A stretch of DNA of 39,771 nt, from NCBI GenBank assembly GCA_964464205.1, contig CAYXFI010000002.1, positions 6,115 to 45,885 on the forward strand, read 5' to 3'. The notes under the pieces are model-generated. The model had not been told where the DNA came from, did not search any database, and saw only the letters and a program-made list of their open reading frames with translations. Numbering within the stretch: the first letter of the stretch is position 1; each line of letters starts with the position of its first letter. Both the position numbers and the translations under genes were made by a program. Shown piece by piece: positions 34,865 through 39,771 of this stretch. The DNA comes from an uncultured Cytophagia bacterium. Its GTDB lineage: Bacteria; Zhuqueibacterota; Zhuqueibacteria; Oleimicrobiales; Geothermoviventaceae.

Positions 34865-35119
34865 GTTTCGCCTCCAGGTGATTTGGCGTAGTGAGTAGGG
34901 CAACAGCGAGCAACCTGCTCCCCGGGGAATCCTCCCGCATCCCCGGCGAGCAACCGGTCAAGCACGAAAAGCCAGCGGGAACAAGGTCGCGCAGGCAGGT
35001 TTGCTCCTCTTCCAAGCACGGAAGCGTTGCGCAGTCTTGCCGGAAAGAGCGGGCCTGCTTGAAGAGGGTGGCGCTGCGGCGAGAACAGAAGAAACACGCG
35101 AAGCCTTTGCAGCACTCCT

Positions 35120-35644
35120 TCAGTCCGAACGCAAGGCGGCGAGACCCCGGCAGTCCTCCACGTCGCCGATTTTCGCAGCGTCGAGTCCGAGCAGCTCCCC
35201 CGGCACAGCCGCCACGCGAATTAGGCGCGGCTGGAAGCCCGGCTTACGCGCCAGCTTGCGATCGAGGATGTGGAGCACCGGAAGGGACAGGAGAAGTCCT
35301 CCGCCAGCGGACACGATTTGCAACGCGGCTGAGCTTCCGTTCAGGCCAAGCCGTGGGGCGACCCAGACCCCGACCGCTACCGCCAGGAAGAGAAACACGA
35401 GCGGCAAACCGTACAACGTCGCCACCCCGGCGAGGAAGTCTTTTGGAGCAATTTCCAGGTGCACCTGCGCCCCCACGGGTGGGGCCTCTTCTGCTTCCAC
35501 TCTGACCTCCCAGATCGCCTGCCCCGCACCTGGCAGGTCGCACGCGCAGCGTCCGCAAACAGTACTGCGGTAGCCCCTCAGAACAACCGTACCGTTGGAA
35601 AACCCAATCACCCGTAAAGGCAGCAGCGACTCCGCCACAGCCAC
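35120..35644 (-). CDS. RseC/MucC-family (SoxR-reducing system) membrane protein
   Basis: 174-aa ORF starting at GTG 35644, or at GTG 35638, which has better spacing from GGGAGG. Pattern: LRVIGFSNGTVVLRGYRSTVCGRCACD...VGAQVHLEIAPKDFLAGVATLYGLPLVFLFLAVAVGVW...SAGGGLLLSLPVL. It has the N-terminal Cys motif plus two TM helices, as in RseC. Confidence 0.75.
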   Translation of the reverse strand: MAVAESLLPLRVIGFSNGTVVLRGYRSTVCGRCACDLPGAGQAIWEVRVEAEEAPPVGAQVHLEIAPKDFLAGVATLYGLPLVFLFLAVAVGVWVAPRLGLNGSSAALQIVSAGGGLLLSLPVLHILDRKLARKPGFQPRLIRVAAVPGELLGLDAAKIGDVEDCRGLAALRSD

Positions 35645-36001
35645 TACCTCCCATCAAGAAATGCGCGCAGCTCTGGACACAACGAGCGGCCCAAACATTC
35701 GACCTGACCACCCGCGTCTGGACCCAAACCGGGTTCGCCGAGTGTTGCGAGCGCAGGAGGCGGTAAACCTGGTCTGCGTGGCGAACCCGTCCGAACCTGG
35801 TGCAGCCAATGGTTGCAGCGTACTCCTTTCTCGGCGAGAGCGCCCGGAGAAAACAGGACGCGGGGAAACCCTCGCGAACCAAGGCGACAGGCCTTGCTTC
35901 CCAGGTCTCCCGCCGCGCAGAATACGGACCCACAACTCGTCCTCTTCGCGCAGCCGCGCCCCAACATCCTGTTCGGATCTAAACGAAGAGCTCGCCGCGA
36001 C

Positions 36002-36463
36002 TTACGCTTCCTCCTTTCCTGGATCGCTCTCGATTTCCTGCACGAACTTTTCGAAAGCATCCCGGATCTCGTCCCGCACGCGGCGAAACTCCGCAAGAAT
36101 TTCCGCTTTGCTACCCGCCGCCTCGGCAGGATCGTCGAAACCGATGTGGAGCCGGCGTCGCACCTCGCCCAGAAACACGGGGCACGTCTCTCGGGCGTGG
36201 TCGCACACCGTGATCACGTAGTCGAAGGGCAAACGCACGAACCGGTCCACGGATTCCGGTTGTGCGCTCGACAGGTCGATGCCAACTTCCCGCATAACCT
36301 CAACCGTGAGCGGATGCACCTCCGGCGCGGGCTCCGTGCCCGCCGAGTACACTTCCCACCCCGGCCGCAGCCGCCTCACAAACGCTTCGGCCATCTGAGA
36401 ACGGCAGGAATTGCCCGTGCACAAAATCAGAACGCGCACGGGTTTCCCTGCCAGGCTGACCAT
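36002..36463 (-). CDS. arsC: Arsenate reductase, LMW-PTP / thioredoxin-coupled type
   Basis: 153-aa ORF. P-loop VLILCTGNSCRSQMAEAF. Downstream Cys pair VITVCDHARETCPVF (C-x6-C), as in pI258-type ArsC. Confidence 0.92.
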   Translation of the reverse strand: MVSLAGKPVRVLILCTGNSCRSQMAEAFVRRLRPGWEVYSAGTEPAPEVHPLTVEVMREVGIDLSSAQPESVDRFVRLPFDYVITVCDHARETCPVFLGEVRRRLHIGFDDPAEAAGSKAEILAEFRRVRDEIRDAFEKFVQEIESDPGKEEA

Positions 36464-36500
36464 CCCTCCCTCCAGCGCGGTTTCTTCGGAAAAGCGAGCC

Positions 36501-37496
36501 TCAGTTCAGCAGGACCTGCAACTGCAGCCGGACAACCAGCCACTTGCTGACCGACCAGTGCTCCGCCGCAAACGCCAGCCAGCGCACACTGTTACCGCGG
36601 CTCTGCCACACGCAACCCAGTCCTGTTTCGCGTTCTTCCGGCTTCCGCGAATCAGCGCTGCGGAAAATCTCCGCGTAGCCAACCAGCTCAAGATCCGGTC
36701 CGACCTGCCAAGCAGCCAGCGCGTAGCCGCCGTCCGCACGCCACCGGCCCAACGTACCGCGCAACATCTCAGCCTGCATCCGAACCGTTTTCACGCGCCA
36801 GGAAACCTCAACGCCCAGACGGGTGTCCGTTCCTGAGAACAGCCGGCCGTCTCCAAAAATCTTCCTGAAAGTCTGCTCGTGCGCCCGGCGGCGCATGAAC
36901 GAAGCGCCAACGTGTCCGCGGCCGCAGGAACCAGCTTGCAATCGCCAGAAAAGACGTCCCACAACCATCCCGCCATTGGCGGAACCCGCTAGGCGATTCG
37001 CGCCGGTACCGTTGAACAGGCCCAGACTCACGTGTGCCCCGCCCAGAAGCGTGTCCAGAGTAACCGCAGCCCCGATGTCCCGGCAATCCGTCTCGGCGCC
37101 AGGGTGCAGAGCGTTGACCGCGCGCGAGCGCTCCGCCACGGGAAGGTAGCAGTCCCACTGGCTGCGCTCCAGCGAAAACTCCGGCACCATCTGGCCAAAG
37201 CGCACGCGCCAGCGTCCACTACGAAACTCGGCGTAAGCATCCTGCAGGTGCGGCCGCCCGCGGCGCCGCGAATCCGTCTCCATTTGCAATTTGTAGGACC
37301 ATCCGGGCGCTCCCGCAACGCGCCCCTTCTTCCAGACTTTCGCCCTCCGAACGCTGAACCCGGCGCGGTCGCCGTGGGCGCTCTCCCAGCGAATCTGGAC
37401 GCAGCCTCTCAACCCACCGCCAGCAGTCGCGTCAGCACGTGGCAAAAGTAGCCCCAGACCCAGAAGCACACCCAGCAGGTGCGCACGCCTCGCCAC
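36501..37496 (-). CDS. Outer-membrane porin, phosphate-selective porin O/P-like family (paralogue A, intact)
   Basis: The track ORF 36501..37739 is trimmed to GTG 37496, preceded by AGGAG-AAACTGAA. Signal peptide (M)ARRAHLLGVLLGLGLLLPRADA. Family-like motifs FSVRRAKVWKKG and RFGQMVPEFSLERS...PVAERS. Alternating beta-strand pattern. Stop is TGA at 36501-36503. Confidence 0.72.
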   Translation of the reverse strand: MARRAHLLGVLLGLGLLLPRADATAGGGLRGCVQIRWESAHGDRAGFSVRRAKVWKKGRVAGAPGWSYKLQMETDSRRRGRPHLQDAYAEFRSGRWRVRFGQMVPEFSLERSQWDCYLPVAERSRAVNALHPGAETDCRDIGAAVTLDTLLGGAHVSLGLFNGTGANRLAGSANGGMVVGRLFWRLQAGSCGRGHVGASFMRRRAHEQTFRKIFGDGRLFSGTDTRLGVEVSWRVKTVRMQAEMLRGTLGRWRADGGYALAAWQVGPDLELVGYAEIFRSADSRKPEERETGLGCVWQSRGNSVRWLAFAAEHWSVSKWLVVRLQLQVLLN

Positions 37497-37574
37497 TTCA
37501 GTTTCTCCTGCGCTCTTCCGTTGCGACACAGGATGGCAAAACGCAACAAAAGCCACCTCCCAGGCCTGCGCCCA

Positions 37575-38582
37575 AGGCAGCAAAACCTGAAGCTGAACCT
37601 TGAACACACGCCACCACGGAGCCTCCCACGGCTTCACAAGAAAAGCCCAGCAACGGACGCCATTCTCAGGTGCCTGTAAGAGGTAACCAACCCCGACCTC
37701 GCGATGTTTCGCAAACGCGTGGCGAGGTCGCTTGAACACATCGTGGTAGGCGACAATTTTGTGCCCGGAGACAAGCCGCTACGTGGCAAGTTCGTACGAT
37801 CCGCTCGCCCGCCAGGCGTCAAGCCGCGCCTGCAACGCTTCCACCTGCAGTTCAGGCCTCCCAAGCTGCCAGAGCCACTCCACACCTTCGCGCCGGTCGA
37901 GCCCGCTGAACGCGACAGACGGCCCCAGGATTTCGGGCAGAACTGTTTCTCGCAGGCGGCGACGCACGAACGACACGCCCCACATGCCCGCTGCCCGGTC
38001 GCCGGTGCTGACGTACCACAAAGCGGCCCACCACTGTGGTGGTCCCGGAGCGGGAACCAGGCGGTTGGTGCCCGCCCCGTTGAAAAGTCCCAGCTCGAGG
38101 TGGCCTGGCGCCAGCCACGGGGCCAGGGCCAGCATGGCGCCGATGTCCCGGCAGTCCGTCTCAACCGCAGGGTGCAGAGCGTCCCACACCGCGACGCGCT
38201 CGAACACGGGGATCTCCCGGTCCGTCTGAATCTGCTGAAGCACAAACGGTGGGGCCGTCTGACCCGGGATCACCTGCCAGCCGGAGCCGCGCAACTCGGC
38301 GTGGGCTTCCCGCACGTGAACCGAGCCCCGCCCCTTGTTACTGGTGGCGAGCTGCACCTTGCAGAACCAGCCCGGCGCTCCGGACACCGGGCCTTTCTTC
38401 CACATTTTCATCCGCCGAATGGCAAACCCGCCGTTCTCGTGGAAATCGCTTTCGTACCGCAACTGCGTGTAGCCGCCCACAGACCCAGCGCCAGCCAGCA
38501 CCGCTGTTGAGTCCGCCAATCCCGTCAGACCAAAAGCCAGCAAAAATGCAGCGAAGGTTCCAGCGAGCCTTTCTGTCCTCAT
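37575..38582 (-). pseudogene. Porin O/P-like paralogue B, interrupted by an in-frame TAG (37779-37781) and lacking its own stop
   Basis: ATG 38582 gives MRTERLAGTFAAFLLAFGLTGLADS...FAIRRMKMWKKG...IPGQTAPPFVLQQ...PVFERV. The ORF ends ...ASGSYELAT-TAG. The same frame continues RLVSGHKIVAYHDVF...WRVFKVQLQVLLP and aligns without gaps to paralogue A (ADGGYALAAWQVGPDLELVGYAEIF...LVVRLQLQVLLN-stop). TAG aligns with TGG (Trp) of A. Where A has TGA, B has TGG (37572-37574), so the frame runs on into gene A. Confidence 0.65.
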
Positions 38583-38801
38583 TTCCGTCCCGCGCAGATC
38601 TTCGGTTCTACCTGGCGCCAAATCCGCCCCTCTTCATTCAGCCGTTCAGTACAAGCAAAATCAAGGCGGCATTCAAGGAGATCCCGCCGCACGACACCTT
38701 TCTGGCAATCGTGTGAGAGCCACGTTGCTCGAATCCCCAGGGGTTGCCTCTGTGTTCCTGTCTGGCCGACCCACTCTGTGCACACGAACAAAGATGCGTG
38801 G

Positions 38802-39551
38802 CTACAGGACGCCCAGAATCAGCTTCACCGCGATAGCGAACAGAACCGCAGCGTAGAGCTGTTTGACGCGTTTCGGCCGGGCGCGCTCCGACATGAAGTT
38901 GGCCCCCAGTTGCGAACCGAGCAGCACGGCCAGGACCACGATCGCCGTGAGGGTCCAGTTGAAGTTCCCCTCGGCCACGTGTCCCAGGAAGCCCGAAAAA
39001 GAAGAAAACGTCACCACGAACGCCGTTGTTGCCGCGGCCTGTTTGGTTGGGTAGCCCATCCACATCAAAGCCGGGGCAATGATGAAACCACCGCCGATGC
39101 CGAGCAATCCACCGGCGAACCCCGCGAAGGCACCCACACCGCTCCCGAGCAGGGCCCGCTTCCAGCCGGCGAGCGGCTCCTCGGGCTCGGGCTGTCGCGA
39201 GAAAGCCACCATCCGAAAAGCGGCAGCCAGAACCGCGATCGAGAAGAGGATCAGGAGCGTGCGAACGGGCACGAACCCGGCCGTGTACGCTCCAATCGGC
39301 GCAGCCACGAACGCCGCAGCGGCAGTGGTGGCACCGCCGCGCCAGTCCACCAGCTTATGGCGCGCGTAGGGGATCAGCGCCAGCAGCGTGTTCAGGCCGT
39401 TCAGCAACAGCCCGAGCGGAATGGCCACTTCCTTGACCGGGAAGCCGCTCCACTTGAGGACGGGGACGTACACCATGCCGCCGCCCAGGCCGAGCATGGC
39501 GAACAGGAAAGAGGCTACCCAGATGACCAGAAAAACCAGCAAGTAGACCAT
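38802..39551 (-). CDS. TauE/SafE (TSUP, DUF81) family anion/sulfite exporter-type permease
   Basis: The track ORF starts at TTG 39590; ATG 39551 (MVYLLVFLVIWVASFLFAMLGLGGGMVYVPVL) is preferred. The internally duplicated motifs LGLGGGMVYVP and LLGIGGGFIIAP are typical of TauE. The protein is hydrophobic throughout. Confidence 0.85.
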   Translation of the reverse strand: MVYLLVFLVIWVASFLFAMLGLGGGMVYVPVLKWSGFPVKEVAIPLGLLLNGLNTLLALIPYARHKLVDWRGGATTAAAAFVAAPIGAYTAGFVPVRTLLILFSIAVLAAAFRMVAFSRQPEPEEPLAGWKRALLGSGVGAFAGFAGGLLGIGGGFIIAPALMWMGYPTKQAAATTAFVVTFSSFSGFLGHVAEGNFNWTLTAIVVLAVLLGSQLGANFMSERARPKRVKQLYAAVLFAIAVKLILGVL

Positions 39552-39771
39552 TTGACCTTGCTCTCCAAACACAGAAAACTGCTTCCGCAAGCTGCAACGA
39601 GCTCACGGTGGGGGCGACAGCAGGCAGTGAAGCTAGTTCGACTACGTCACTTTCGTCCTTTTGAGGCTACATCGGTGCGTAGGTTTGACTCTTTTGCACC
39701 GTTGGATTTGAGGCCGGATGACTGCGAGCGCTCGGGTGGGCGTCAACACGGGCCAGGTGATCACCGTGGCG

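Noticed and set aside
37779-37781. In-frame TAG in porin B read as programmed recoding (pyrrolysine or a reassigned stop)
   Set aside because: TAG is used as a genuine terminator elsewhere in the window: the T9SS cargo at 2855-2857, ending in the canonical CTD, and sufB(D) at 32162-32164. No pyl genes are seen. The aligned residue in the paralogue is Trp (TGG), one transition away, so a point mutation or a sequencing error is the simpler explanation.
38655-38700. Hairpin GCGGC-N15-GCCGC followed by CTTGATTTTGC on the minus strand, considered as a terminator after the TauE gene
   Set aside because: The stem is short (5 bp), the loop is large (15 nt) and the T tract is interrupted. This is not convincing next to the clean terminator at 2794-2822.
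39718-39771. Possible plus-strand gene start at the right edge (ATG 39718, MTASARVGVNTGQVITVA...)
   Set aside because: Only 18 codons are visible, the GAGG-CCGG-ATG context is weak, and there is no recognisable motif. The evidence is insufficient.
1-39771. Search by eye for CRISPR repeats, transposase/integrase genes, terminal inverted repeats, rRNA or tRNA genes, and toxin-antitoxin or defence-type genes
   Set aside because: I recognised none. Intergenic regions share no obvious repeated element, and no ORF shows DDE, tyrosine-recombinase, Cas or nuclease motifs. An eye scan cannot exclude small or degenerate elements.

Overview
High-GC bacterial chromosomal window. I recognise 20 protein-coding genes and 1 pseudogene; 19 of the 21 are on the minus strand. 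All domain calls come from reading motifs in the translations by eye; no database search was possible.

Minus-strand genes, listed from low to high coordinate:
- a GT4-type glycosyltransferase that runs off the left edge and is absent from the supplied ORF track
- a T9SS-sorted CarboxypepD_reg-repeat surface protein, followed by the only clear intrinsic terminator
- a BtrH_N/DUF4872-like protein
- a bitopic protein with a ~300-aa low-complexity linker
- a five-gene, ~11.7-kb two-component cluster (9037-20758). In transcription order, from 20758 down: HTH_XRE-REC, REC-GAF/PAS-kinase-REC, PAS/GAF kinase, REC-DHp without an ATPase domain, REC-kinase.

An 860-bp region with no credible ORF separates this cluster from a plus-strand heterodimeric ABC exporter pair that has one degenerate ATP site. 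The region carries a near-consensus sigma-54 -24/-12 motif pointing into the kinase operon.

Minus-strand genes right of the ABC pair:
- an FG-GAP propeller fused to a DUF4091/GH123-like domain
- a secreted GH116 glycosidase
- a two-gene sufC-sufB(D) minimal Fe-S assembly pair
- an Isf-like flavoprotein
- an RseC-family protein
- a thioredoxin-type arsC
- two tandem porin O/P paralogues
- a TauE/SafE permease

The upstream porin copy has an in-frame TAG where its paralogue has Trp. It has also lost its own stop, so it runs in frame into the downstream copy.

I recognised no rRNA, tRNA, CRISPR array, transposase or integrase. The T9SS C-terminal sorting domain suggests an FCB-group-like lineage, but strong GGAGG ribosome-binding sites argue against classical Bacteroidia. 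The candidates I consider most worth follow-up are the kinase/phosphorelay cluster with its sigma-54-like promoter, the CA-less REC-DHp protein, and the porin tandem with reciprocal stop/Trp changes. I cannot show that any of these is a new system.
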